A stretch of DNA of 64,000 bases from Gammaproteobacteria bacterium (GTDB lineage Bacteria; Pseudomonadota; Gammaproteobacteria; GCA-001735895), in the NCBI GenBank assembly GCA_030595795.1, contig JAUVCH010000002.1, positions 7,216 to 71,215 of the forward strand, given 5' to 3'. The notes below the pieces were generated by a model. That model had not been told where the DNA came from, made no database searches, and worked only from the letters and a program-made list of their open reading frames with translations. The position numbers and the translations under genes are program-made. Of this stretch, positions 19,631 through 28,486 are shown piece by piece (positions within the stretch are counted from its first letter, which is position 1; the number at the start of each line of letters is the position of its first letter).

Positions 19631-22600
19631 TTGTTTACTTTATCGGTTCGATTTTATTCGAAATTAATCACTATATTCTTCATAACTCTGGTCGGTATAT
19701 CTGTCAGCAGACCAGCTATGGCCGCATGCGCCGAACTAGCAGGGAAATTCGTCTCCATCCAGGGCCAGGTAGATGTTCAGGCTCAGAATGGAAGTGCCTG
19801 GGATCTCGCCAAACTTGATGACGCTCTATGCGAAGGGGACAGTGTAAGGGTTGGTAAAGAAAGTCGAGCGGCTCTTTCTCTTGCAAATGATGCCGTACTG
19901 CGAATCGATGAAAACACAACCGTTCGGCTGGTTGATATAAATCAGGAGAAAAAAGAAAAATCACTTCTCGAACTGATATCGGGAGCAATCCAGTCTTTCA
20001 GCCGTAAACCTCGTGAGTTAGTAGTCAATACGCCATATCTCAATGGTTCTATCGAGGGTACTGAATTTATTATTAAAGTCGCTGACAACCAGACCCAGAT
20101 TACCGTATTTGAAGGTTTTGTCGTCGCGGCTAATGACCAGGGGGAAGTTCGGCTGGAGAGCGGACAGTCGGCTTCGGCCAGCGAGGGTAGCGCACCGGTA
20201 TCTCGAACCGTGATCAATCCCCGGGATCAGGTGCAGTGGGGATTATATTATCCGCCAATACTGTCGGCGGAAGGCGGCGCCAACGAACAGCGAGCCGCCG
20301 AATTACTGGCTTTAGGACAGATTAACGAAGCCAGTCAGATACTTGAAAGTGGTGCGGATTCACCGGTTGGGTTAGCCCTGCAGTCGGTAATTGCAATCAC
20401 TCTGAATGACCTGGAGGGGGCTCAGAATTACGCCGATAGAGCCGCTGCCCTGGACGCCAGCAGTGTCGCAGTAGCTATTGCTATGTCTTACGTGAAACAG
20501 GCACGGTTCGAACTAGAGCAGGCTCTGGCGGTCATTGACGCGGCGTTGCAGAAAGAATCTGGCAATGCATTACTGTGGGCTCGCGCTGGAGAATTGCGCC
20601 TGATGTCGGGGTTGAGCAGTGAGGCATTATCAGCAGCGAATAAAGCCAGCGAACTGGATCCGAATTCATCGCAGGCTAATCTGGTCAATGGTTTTGCTGC
20701 TTTATCGATTTTCGATACCGATCAGGCCGCGAGTAGTTTCAAAAATGCCATTGCACTCAATTCAGCTGATCCGATGGGTTACCTGGGACAGGGGTTGACT
20801 AAAATTAGCCAGGGTGATCTAGAAACCGGTCGCCATGACCTCGAAGTCGCTGTGAGCCTCGGTTCCAATAGTGCAATACTCCGCTCTTATCTGGGTAAAG
20901 CCTATTACGAAGAAAAGCGTAGTCCGCTGGAAGATCAGCAGTATAAAATTGCCCAACAACTCGATAGCAACGACCCGACCCCGTGGTTCTATCAGTCGAT
21001 TTCACAGCAAACACAAAATAATCCGGTAGAGGCCTTACAGAGTCAGCAAAAAGCGTTTGAGTTGAATGATAACCGCGCAGTTTATCGTTCGCGACTGTTG
21101 CTTGATTCTGACCGCGCAGCGCGCGGTGTTAGTTTGGGTCGGGTTTATAACGATCTGGGGTTTGAGCAACAAGCATTGGCGGAAGGTTGGAAATCAGTTA
21201 ATACCGATCCAACCAATTCCTCGGCGCATTTGTTTCTAGCCGACTCTTATGGAGCGTTACCGCGCCATGAAATCGCCAGAGTCAGCGAAGCGCTACAGGC
21301 TCAGATGTTGCAACCGGTTAATGCAGCTCCCGTTAGCCCAACCAAAGCGGAAGGTAAATTATTACTAGCTGCCAGTGGCCCCGCAGCAGTTGGATTCAAT
21401 GAATACAATGCGCTATTTGACCGTAATCAGACCAACGCGGTGATCAGTGGTATGGCGGGTGAGCATGGAACCAGTAGTGCAGAAGCTATAGTCTCGGGCT
21501 TACACGGTAAAACGGCATTCAGTGCAGGTATTTATCACTTTGAGACTGACGGTTTTCGTGACAGTGCTTTTCAGGAAGATGATATTGGCAACCTGTTCGT
21601 CCAGCATGATTTTAGTCTGGATACTAGTGTTCAGCTCGAATTCCGCTCGAGAGAAACCGAATACGGTGATGTTCGCCAGAAATTTCATGAGCATAGTATT
21701 TATCCAGACAAGTTAATTGTCGAGGAAACCGATACGCTACGTCTGGGTGCACGGCATTCTTTTGCGCCGGGGTCGGTGCTTCTTGTGTCACTAACTGATC
21801 AGGAAGGTAGCTTTAACGAGACCGATGAACCCTTCCCTCAGCCGGGGGTTCTCTTTTCCGAACTCGATAGCCCTGATCTTGAAGCAAAAGGCAGCGAGCT
21901 CCAGTACCTGTATCGTTCGCCTAAATTCAATGTTACTGCTGGTGTAGGTAATGTTGATTCTAAGGAGGATGTAACGAATAGAGCTTTACTTGATTTAGGC
22001 TTTTTTGGTGGTCCGCCTGGACTTTTATTGCCAATAGAAAGCGTCATTGAGGCAGATATCAAGCACGATAATGCTTATGCGTATTCGAATATCAATCTGA
22101 ACAACCAGATGATCATGACGCTTGGCGTTAGCTATGATGATGTTGATAGTGAATTTCTTGGAGAACCTGTAACGAAAACTAATCCAAAATTTGGCATGAC
22201 ATGGACACCGAATTCACAGACTACGGTGCGTTTGGCATCCTTCGAAACCATGAAACGTACCTTGTCTACGCAACAGACTCTGGAACCGACCCAGGTAGCT
22301 GGTTTTAATCAATTCTTCGATGACTATAACCTGACCGAAACAAAGCGCACAGGTATTGCGGTTGATTACAAATTTAATGCTAACCTGTCAGGTGGGCTGG
22401 AAATTTCAAAGCGGGAACTGGAGATACCCTACGTTGATTTGACCGCTTCACCACCCACGATAGAGGCTGCTGACTGGGAAGAGCGAACGAACCGAGCCTA
22501 TCTCTACTGGACACCCAATAAACAATGGGCACTGCGGGCTGAATATCTGTTTGAAAAACTGGAAAGGGGAGGCGGCACCTTTGTTGATGGTGTCATTGAA

Positions 22601-22921
22601 TCGGAGACGCATCGAGTTCCTTTTGGAGTCAGTTACTTTCACTCCGACAGGCTAAGTGCCTCTCTGACAGCGACTTATTATGATCAGGAGGGAGTATTCG
22701 GTGGTTTCTGGACCACGGATGCCATAGAGCCGGGTGAAGATGATTTCTGGATCGTCGATGCTGCGATTAATTACCTGCTACCCGGGAGGCGAGGTTTCGT
22801 CACAGTCGGTGCGACTAATTTAACCGATGAGGATTTCTCGTATTTCGACACGGACACGAATAACGCCAGCATACAACCCGCAAGCATGGTGTATGGCAAG
22901 TTGACATTATCGTTCCAATAA
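19631..22921 (+). CDS. Secreted FecR-domain / TPR / C-terminal beta-barrel protein (putative outer-membrane sensor or scaffold)
   Basis: ORF 19586..22921. Preferred start is TTG 19631, 8 nt after GGAGG, giving a classic signal peptide MFTLSVRFYSKLITIFFITLVGISVSRPAMA|A. Residues about 45-170 are FecR-like (VRVGKESRAALSLANDAVLRIDENTTVRL...GTEFII). Residues about 230-560 are TPR-like. The C-terminal about 500 aa has an alternating beta-strand pattern and ends KLTLSFQ, like an OM barrel. Confidence 0.65.
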   Translation: MFTLSVRFYSKLITIFFITLVGISVSRPAMAACAELAGKFVSIQGQVDVQAQNGSAWDLAKLDDALCEGDSVRVGKESRAALSLANDAVLRIDENTTVRLVDINQEKKEKSLLELISGAIQSFSRKPRELVVNTPYLNGSIEGTEFIIKVADNQTQITVFEGFVVAANDQGEVRLESGQSASASEGSAPVSRTVINPRDQVQWGLYYPPILSAEGGANEQRAAELLALGQINEASQILESGADSPVGLALQSVIAITLNDLEGAQNYADRAAALDASSVAVAIAMSYVKQARFELEQALAVIDAALQKESGNALLWARAGELRLMSGLSSEALSAANKASELDPNSSQANLVNGFAALSIFDTDQAASSFKNAIALNSADPMGYLGQGLTKISQGDLETGRHDLEVAVSLGSNSAILRSYLGKAYYEEKRSPLEDQQYKIAQQLDSNDPTPWFYQSISQQTQNNPVEALQSQQKAFELNDNRAVYRSRLLLDSDRAARGVSLGRVYNDLGFEQQALAEGWKSVNTDPTNSSAHLFLADSYGALPRHEIARVSEALQAQMLQPVNAAPVSPTKAEGKLLLAASGPAAVGFNEYNALFDRNQTNAVISGMAGEHGTSSAEAIVSGLHGKTAFSAGIYHFETDGFRDSAFQEDDIGNLFVQHDFSLDTSVQLEFRSRETEYGDVRQKFHEHSIYPDKLIVEETDTLRLGARHSFAPGSVLLVSLTDQEGSFNETDEPFPQPGVLFSELDSPDLEAKGSELQYLYRSPKFNVTAGVGNVDSKEDVTNRALLDLGFFGGPPGLLLPIESVIEADIKHDNAYAYSNINLNNQMIMTLGVSYDDVDSEFLGEPVTKTNPKFGMTWTPNSQTTVRLASFETMKRTLSTQQTLEPTQVAGFNQFFDDYNLTETKRTGIAVDYKFNANLSGGLEISKRELEIPYVDLTASPPTIEAADWEERTNRAYLYWTPNKQWALRAEYLFEKLERGGGTFVDGVIESETHRVPFGVSYFHSDRLSASLTATYYDQEGVFGGFWTTDAIEPGEDDFWIVDAAINYLLPGRRGFVTVGATNLTDEDFSYFDTDTNNASIQPASMVYGKLTLSFQ

Positions 22922-23144
22922 CTATTTGAATTAGAGATTATTTTATAAATTTAATGCAAATTTACACCATATGGGTGATGAATTAAGAAGCTGTACCTAA
23001 TAACATAGATGAGTTACTGGAAATGATAATTACTTTCTCAGATTTTGAGTGGTTGCAGAATATTTATGGAGTTGGTTATCAAGGAAAAGTATTTTCAGGA
23101 AATGTTTTGTTTTGCAATTTTTTTTATAGTGGGGAGTAAGTATT

Positions 23145-23909
23145 ATGATGAAGAAAGTAATATTCTTGAGTGTTTTTCTATGCGTAGTAAGTACGGGGGC
23201 CCATGCTTGGTCTTACGGTGTGAGTTGGTATTCGGATATTGACTTCACGTTTGCCGCAAAAGGCAATAAATTAAAACTCGCGAATGGTAATTTCGTGGTC
23301 AGCGAGGTCTACGCTTTCAATTATGTGTCTATATGTATTGCTACCAATTCGAATAAAAAGACGATTCATAATGGTCAAGGTAATAATGGTGACAGCGTTG
23401 TAATCGCCGAGTTAGGTGAGGAGAATACAGACGATTCTGGTAAAAATAAAGGATCCTTCTTTGCAACGGGAACGCAATCATTGGTAAATATGTACCAGCA
23501 TTATAGTCTTTTTAATGGAATAAGCGGGGATGGATCGTTGAGTTGTTATGAAGGTGATAGTCCGTTAAATGCTCCGACGGGAAATTGCACGGAGGAAGAT
23601 AGAAGCCTGTCGCATTTGGAACACTTTTGTCATGCCGAAGCAGATCAAAAGGTTGAATATAAAGATAACCTGTATATGCCGGAAATCGCAGTGTATGTCC
23701 GGGTTGTAGAGGGTGATGGGGTTAATCCGGTACTAGTTGATGGTGAATATATCGTCAAAGCGCACGGCATAGCCGAATGTACATACACTGGAGCCGTATC
23801 GCTGGATAATGGCGATTTTGTTACCGAAACGAAGCCTACGGACTGCGATGTAAACGAATATCCATTGTCAGTAGAGGATCCACGCTTTGATCATATTCTC
23901 AGTTTTTAA
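23145..23909 (+). CDS. Secreted hypothetical protein (8 Cys) in an AT-rich islet
   Basis: 254 aa with signal peptide MMKKVIFLSVFLCVVSTGAHA. Local GC about 35% versus about 50% elsewhere. No family recognised. Confidence 0.5.
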   Translation: MMKKVIFLSVFLCVVSTGAHAWSYGVSWYSDIDFTFAAKGNKLKLANGNFVVSEVYAFNYVSICIATNSNKKTIHNGQGNNGDSVVIAELGEENTDDSGKNKGSFFATGTQSLVNMYQHYSLFNGISGDGSLSCYEGDSPLNAPTGNCTEEDRSLSHLEHFCHAEADQKVEYKDNLYMPEIAVYVRVVEGDGVNPVLVDGEYIVKAHGIAECTYTGAVSLDNGDFVTETKPTDCDVNEYPLSVEDPRFDHILSF

Positions 23910-24379
23910 ATAAAAACAATATTAGGTCTCGAAAGAGGTATTTATTGAGTGCGAAAAGGGGGCGGCGACAAATGCGAGTTATTCGCGTTTATCGCCGACC
24001 CGTTTTAAACTCACTATAAAAATCACCAAAGTTTAATAATTCATGAGCTTCCAGAAAAGGGGGTTGTTAGCTGTTCGCTGGAACAGGATCACATGGAACA
24101 GGATCAGGTCTTTCGAGATCACATTATTCATATCGCTTTATAAACTGCCTCAGGAAACAGCCCCAGCAAACCCCTTCCGACGCTTCACATATCCCACGCT
24201 CGGTAATCAACCCGGTTTTACCAGTCGCGCTGGCGTCATATCGAATGCCGGATTCGCTGCGGGGCTATTACCAGGCGTCAATCGCACAATCACCTGTTCA
24301 TTAACTAAGTAGCCGTTAATAAACGAAACCTCATCAGCTTTCCGTTGCTCGATGGGTATCTGCTCACCCAACGCCCAGG

Positions 24380-24406
24380 CTCGCGCCCTGATAGCGAGGG
24401 CGCGAC
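24380..24406. other. GC-rich stem-loop in the long aprM upstream region
   Basis: tcgcgccct-gatagcg-agggcgcga: 9-bp perfect stem, 7-nt loop, not followed by a T-run on either strand. Confidence 0.35.
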
Positions 24407-24688
24407 TTAATTAATGCATAGCGCCAGAGACCATTTGCAGGCAAAAGATGGTAGTATATTCGGTTTTAACATTGGTACGAATGCCGGTAAAAGTGCAGGG
24501 CAATTCATGTTTCATGGCATATCCACCTGATTCCCCGGCGCGATAGTGATCAGGAGAACCCACAGGGTGGCGTGCGGAAAATTGTTCCCGAAAATGGTGA
24601 GCTATCGTTGGAAGTAATATGCGTCAATTCTCCTTTTAAATCGGGTCATCACTGATAGACATAAAATTTTTTTTATCTACCAATAAAT

Positions 24689-24738
24689 ATTATCAGGTTG
24701 TAACGGTTCAAGAATTCCCACAAAATCAACCTGATAAA
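24689..24738. promoter_or_regulatory. 11-bp inverted repeat (TTATCAGGTTG N26 CAACCTGATAA), candidate operator about 30-80 bp upstream of aprM
   Basis: Perfect 11-bp inverted repeat at 24690-24700 and 24727-24737. The spacer is AT-rich. aprM RBS GGGGAG at 24756 and ATG at 24770 lie just downstream. Confidence 0.4.
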
Positions 24739-24769
24739 TAATACGCCTTCTACCTGGGGAGTTTAATCC

Positions 24770-25600
24770 ATGTTCGATACCAACCCTTTTTACGATTTGT
24801 CAGGTTTCCTGACGCCGGCCATTATGCAAATGTATGTTGTAGCCATGTTCCTGGCTGTGATCGCCGGTACCATCATCGATACGATTCACAAGAAGAGCGC
24901 TCAGTACTTCTTTGAGAACGCTCAAAAGGCTCAGAAATCTGCCACGCGTACCGTAACTGGCGGCGAGAAGGTTTCATTGGCTATTTCTACCGTGGCCAGC
25001 GAGGTGCTGACTTCTTCTGAGTTTGCCAACCCAAAACGTCGCATGTCGCATTTACTGACTATGTATGGTTTCATTATTTTCCTTGTCACTACTGTGGCCA
25101 TGATTTTTGCTTACCCGACACCTGCTGAAGCCGCCCCTGAAATACTCACGGTTCTGTGGCATGTCGGTGCTCTAATGGTCTGTGTCGGCGGCTACTGGTT
25201 CTGGTTCTTCATCCGTTGCGATGTAAATTCCGAGGGTAAGCCCTGGTATCAGCTGGTTCGTGCTGACCTGTTCATCCTTTCATTGTTGATGACCGCCACC
25301 TTTGCCCTGCTGTGGTCTTACTTCGGCGGTATTTTACTGTTCACCATCTTCATTCTGGCCAGTACCTTTTTGTTTACTACCGTATTGTGGTCAAAGTTTG
25401 CTCATATGTTCTTCAAGCCAATGGCGGCCTACCAGAAGAAAATCACCAAGGCAGATGGTTCGCAAGAGAATCTTCCCGATTTGGGTGAGCTTACAGATCC
25501 TGATCTTCAAGCCAGATTTCCAGATATCCCGACATATATGGGTGAAAAACCAGTCCATATGGGACTTGGAATAAAGCGTGAATCTCCAAACCATTTCTAA
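24770..25600 (+). CDS. aprM: Adenylylsulfate reductase membrane anchor AprM
   Basis: 276-aa, 5-TM protein immediately upstream of aprB and aprA, the arrangement described for aprMBA in sulfur-oxidising gammaproteobacteria. Identity inferred from synteny plus topology. Confidence 0.65.
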   Translation: MFDTNPFYDLSGFLTPAIMQMYVVAMFLAVIAGTIIDTIHKKSAQYFFENAQKAQKSATRTVTGGEKVSLAISTVASEVLTSSEFANPKRRMSHLLTMYGFIIFLVTTVAMIFAYPTPAEAAPEILTVLWHVGALMVCVGGYWFWFFIRCDVNSEGKPWYQLVRADLFILSLLMTATFALLWSYFGGILLFTIFILASTFLFTTVLWSKFAHMFFKPMAAYQKKITKADGSQENLPDLGELTDPDLQARFPDIPTYMGEKPVHMGLGIKRESPNHF

Positions 25601-25652
25601 TCAAACAATTGCTGAATTGTAATTAACCAATAATTTAAGAAAGAGGAATATT

Positions 25653-26135
25653 ATGCCTACATTTGTATATATGACTCGTTGCGATGGTTGTGGACATTGC
25701 GTTGATATCTGTCCTTCAGACATCATGCACATCGACAAAACCACGCGTCGTGCGTACAACATCGAACCAAACATGTGCTGGGAATGCTACTCATGTGTTA
25801 AAGCCTGCCCTCACAATGCCATCGACGTTCGTGGTTACGCAGACTTTGCGCCACTAGGTCACTCGGTACGCGTTATCCGTGATGAAGAAAAAGGTGTTAT
25901 TGCGTGGCGGATCAAATCCCGTAACGGCGAAACCGACATGAATCTGCTCGCACCTATCACAACAAAGCCCTGGGGTACGGCAATTCCAAAACTAGCTGAT
26001 GCACCTGCACCCAGCCAGGAAATGCGTGATAGCCAATTGTTATTTAACGAGCCTAAATATATTCGTATGGATGAGGGCGATATCCATACATTGGAGTCTA
26101 ACAAGCTCACGATGAAAGTTGGAGTTTACTACTAA
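25653..26135 (+). CDS. aprB: Adenylylsulfate reductase beta subunit (iron-sulfur) AprB
   Basis: 160 aa. MPTFVYMTRCDGCGHCVDICPSDIM...CWECYSCVKACPHNAI two [4Fe-4S] motifs plus the AprB-specific C-terminal tail. Confidence 0.9.
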   Translation: MPTFVYMTRCDGCGHCVDICPSDIMHIDKTTRRAYNIEPNMCWECYSCVKACPHNAIDVRGYADFAPLGHSVRVIRDEEKGVIAWRIKSRNGETDMNLLAPITTKPWGTAIPKLADAPAPSQEMRDSQLLFNEPKYIRMDEGDIHTLESNKLTMKVGVYY

Positions 26136-28000
26136 TGCCTAAAACTATCATAGAAGACAATATCGACGTCCTGGTCGCGGGCGCTGGCCTCGGTGGAACC
26201 GGTGCGGCTTTCGAAGCACGCTACTGGGGTAAAGATAAGAAGATCGTTATCGCCGAAAAAGCCAACATCGACCGTTCCGGCGCTGTGGCACAAGGGCTAT
26301 ACGCGATCAACTGTTACATGGGAACTCGTTTCGGTGAAAACAATCCTGAAGATCACGTGCGTTATGCACGTATGGATTTAATGGGTATGGTTCGCGAAGA
26401 CCTGTTGTTTGATATGGCCAGGCACGTCGACTCAACCGTGCACCAGTTCGAAGAATGGGGTCTGCCAATCATGCGCGATCCTAAGAGTGGATCCTATCTA
26501 CGCGAAGGACGCTGGCAGATCATGATTCACGGCGAGTCCTACAAGCCTATCGTGGCTGAAGCCGCAAAGAAATCGGCTGACAAGGTATTCAACCGTATTT
26601 GTGTCACCCATCTGCTAATGGATGATGCCAAAGAAAATCGGGTTGCCGGAGCTGTCGGCTTCAACGTACGTACTGGCGACTATCACGTATTCAAATCTAA
26701 AGCCGTTATCGTTGGTGCCGGTGGCGCATCCAACATCTTCAGGCCACGTTCGGTTGGTGAAGGTGCGGGTCGTGTCTGGTATGCACCCTGGTCCTCGGGC
26801 TCAGCCTATGGTTTGATGATCAATGCTGGCGCGAAAATGACCCAGATGGAAAACCGTATTGTACTGGCTCGATTCAAAGATGGTTACGGCCCGGTTGGTG
26901 CTTACTTTCTACATTTAAAAACTTACACTCAAAACTGTAATGGTGAAGAGTACGAGTCAAAGTGGTTTCCTGAACTGACGAAAATGGTGGGTAAGGAATA
27001 CCTGGATACAGAAGGTCAGCATTTATCGCATAAGCCAATTCCAACCTGTCTGCGTAACCATGCATTTATCAATGAGGTGAATGCTGGTCGTGGTCCTATC
27101 CACATGGTTACCATGGAAGCCTTCCAGGATCCACATCTGGAAGAGATCGGCTGGCACAACTTCCTCGGTATGACCATTGGTCAGGCTGTATTATGGGCGG
27201 CAACTGATGTCAATCCGAAGTACGAGAACCCAGAACTGACAACCTCCGAGCCGTACGTCATGGGTTCCCACGCAACCGGTAGTGGTGCCTGGTGTTCCGG
27301 TCCTGAAGATATCTCTCCTGACGAGTATTTCTGGGGCTATAACCGTATGACTACCGTCGAAGGTCTATTCGGTGCCGGTGACGCTGTTGGCGGTACACCG
27401 CATGCATTCTCTTCAGGCTCATTTACCGAAGGTCGCCTGGCTGCCAAGGCTGCCTGTAAGTACATTGACGATGGTAAGGCCGATGGTATTCGTGTTTCTC
27501 AGGAGCAGATCGATCGTCGCAAGAAAGAGATCTTCAAGCCAATGGAGCATTACAAGGTTTACCGTAACGAAATAACAGCGGGAAGTGTTAACCCTAACTA
27601 CATCAACCCGCGCCAGGGTCTTGATCGCTTGCAGAAGCTGATGGACGAGTACGCCGGTGGTGTAATAGTTAACTACATGACCAACGATAAGCTTTTGCAC
27701 ATCGGTCTGAAGAAATTGAAACTCCTGGAAGAGGATCTTGAGAAGGTTGCAGCAGAGGACATTCACGAACTACTTCGTGCATGGGAACTGAAGCATCGTC
27801 ATCTTACCTCTGAGTCTGTCGTGCAACATACCCTGTTCCGCAAGGAAACCCGTTGGCCGGGTTACTACTACCGCGGTGATGCGATGAAACTGGATGATGA
27901 GAACTGGCATGTACTGACAGTTTCCCATCGTGATCCAAAAACTGGTGAATACACCATGGAAAAAGCACCTCTTTATCACCTTGTAGACGATAAAGAATAG
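26135..28000 (+). CDS. aprA: Adenylylsulfate reductase alpha subunit (FAD) AprA
   Basis: 621 aa. DVLVAGAGLGGTGAAFEA FAD fold, fumarate-reductase-family flavoprotein. Start overlaps the aprB stop (ATGA). Confidence 0.9.
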   Translation: MPKTIIEDNIDVLVAGAGLGGTGAAFEARYWGKDKKIVIAEKANIDRSGAVAQGLYAINCYMGTRFGENNPEDHVRYARMDLMGMVREDLLFDMARHVDSTVHQFEEWGLPIMRDPKSGSYLREGRWQIMIHGESYKPIVAEAAKKSADKVFNRICVTHLLMDDAKENRVAGAVGFNVRTGDYHVFKSKAVIVGAGGASNIFRPRSVGEGAGRVWYAPWSSGSAYGLMINAGAKMTQMENRIVLARFKDGYGPVGAYFLHLKTYTQNCNGEEYESKWFPELTKMVGKEYLDTEGQHLSHKPIPTCLRNHAFINEVNAGRGPIHMVTMEAFQDPHLEEIGWHNFLGMTIGQAVLWAATDVNPKYENPELTTSEPYVMGSHATGSGAWCSGPEDISPDEYFWGYNRMTTVEGLFGAGDAVGGTPHAFSSGSFTEGRLAAKAACKYIDDGKADGIRVSQEQIDRRKKEIFKPMEHYKVYRNEITAGSVNPNYINPRQGLDRLQKLMDEYAGGVIVNYMTNDKLLHIGLKKLKLLEEDLEKVAAEDIHELLRAWELKHRHLTSESVVQHTLFRKETRWPGYYYRGDAMKLDDENWHVLTVSHRDPKTGEYTMEKAPLYHLVDDKE

Positions 28001-28017
28001 GCCGCTTTGCAGGTATC

Positions 28018-28079
28018 AAGGGTTGAACAATCAACCCTCAGTTGAAAAGAAGATCAACACTATTGTTGGTCTTTTTTTT
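28018..28079 (+). terminator. Tandem hairpins / terminator after aprA
   Basis: agggttga-acaa-tcaaccct 8-bp perfect hairpin, then caaca-ctat-tgttg hairpin followed by a run of 8 T. Confidence 0.55.
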
Positions 28080-28123
28080 CCTCCGATAATCCTGTTTAAT
28101 CTTAAAATTTAAAGCGAGTTTGT

Positions 28124-28474
28124 ATGAATATTATTGACAAGACTGATGAAGAACTTCAGAAAATCGCCTTTGCTTTCTTCGATGACCTGATCAAGTATTC
28201 CAATAAAGGACAGTATGGAAAGTTCATTCTGAACTTCTCCTACGACCTGCTGCTTGGCCTGAATGAGATGGAAGTCGGAAAGCAATTTGCCAAAAGTGAA
28301 TTGACTCGAAGCCTTGTGCCTGAATATAATTTTCTCGGCTTTATCCGTCGTGGCGAACATGTGACCTGCCTGTTTAGAGTACGCAGTACCAAGAAGGAAG
28401 GCGAATGGCTGGGACGTATGGTCATTGGTTACGAAAGAGGCGAAGTCAAAATTTTTGCAGCTTCAATTTTTTAG
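28124..28474 (+). CDS. Hypothetical cytoplasmic protein
   Basis: 116-aa ORF with reasonable codon usage downstream of aprA. No family recognised. Confidence 0.4.
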   Translation: MNIIDKTDEELQKIAFAFFDDLIKYSNKGQYGKFILNFSYDLLLGLNEMEVGKQFAKSELTRSLVPEYNFLGFIRRGEHVTCLFRVRSTKKEGEWLGRMVIGYERGEVKIFAASIF

Positions 28475-28486
28475 GATATACCGGAT

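Noticed and set aside
24421-24650. Short plus-strand ORF (MVVYSVLTLVRMPVKVQGNSCFMAYPPDSPAR) and other fragments upstream of aprM as possible IS/transposase remnants.
   Set aside because: No recognisable transposase motif, no terminal inverted repeats or target-site duplication. Treated as non-coding leader.
28018-28038. The first aprA-downstream hairpin as a riboswitch or attenuator.
   Set aside because: A simple 8-bp stem with a 4-nt loop sits immediately after the stop codon with no alternative pairing partner. Most consistent with a transcript-stabilising or terminator hairpin.
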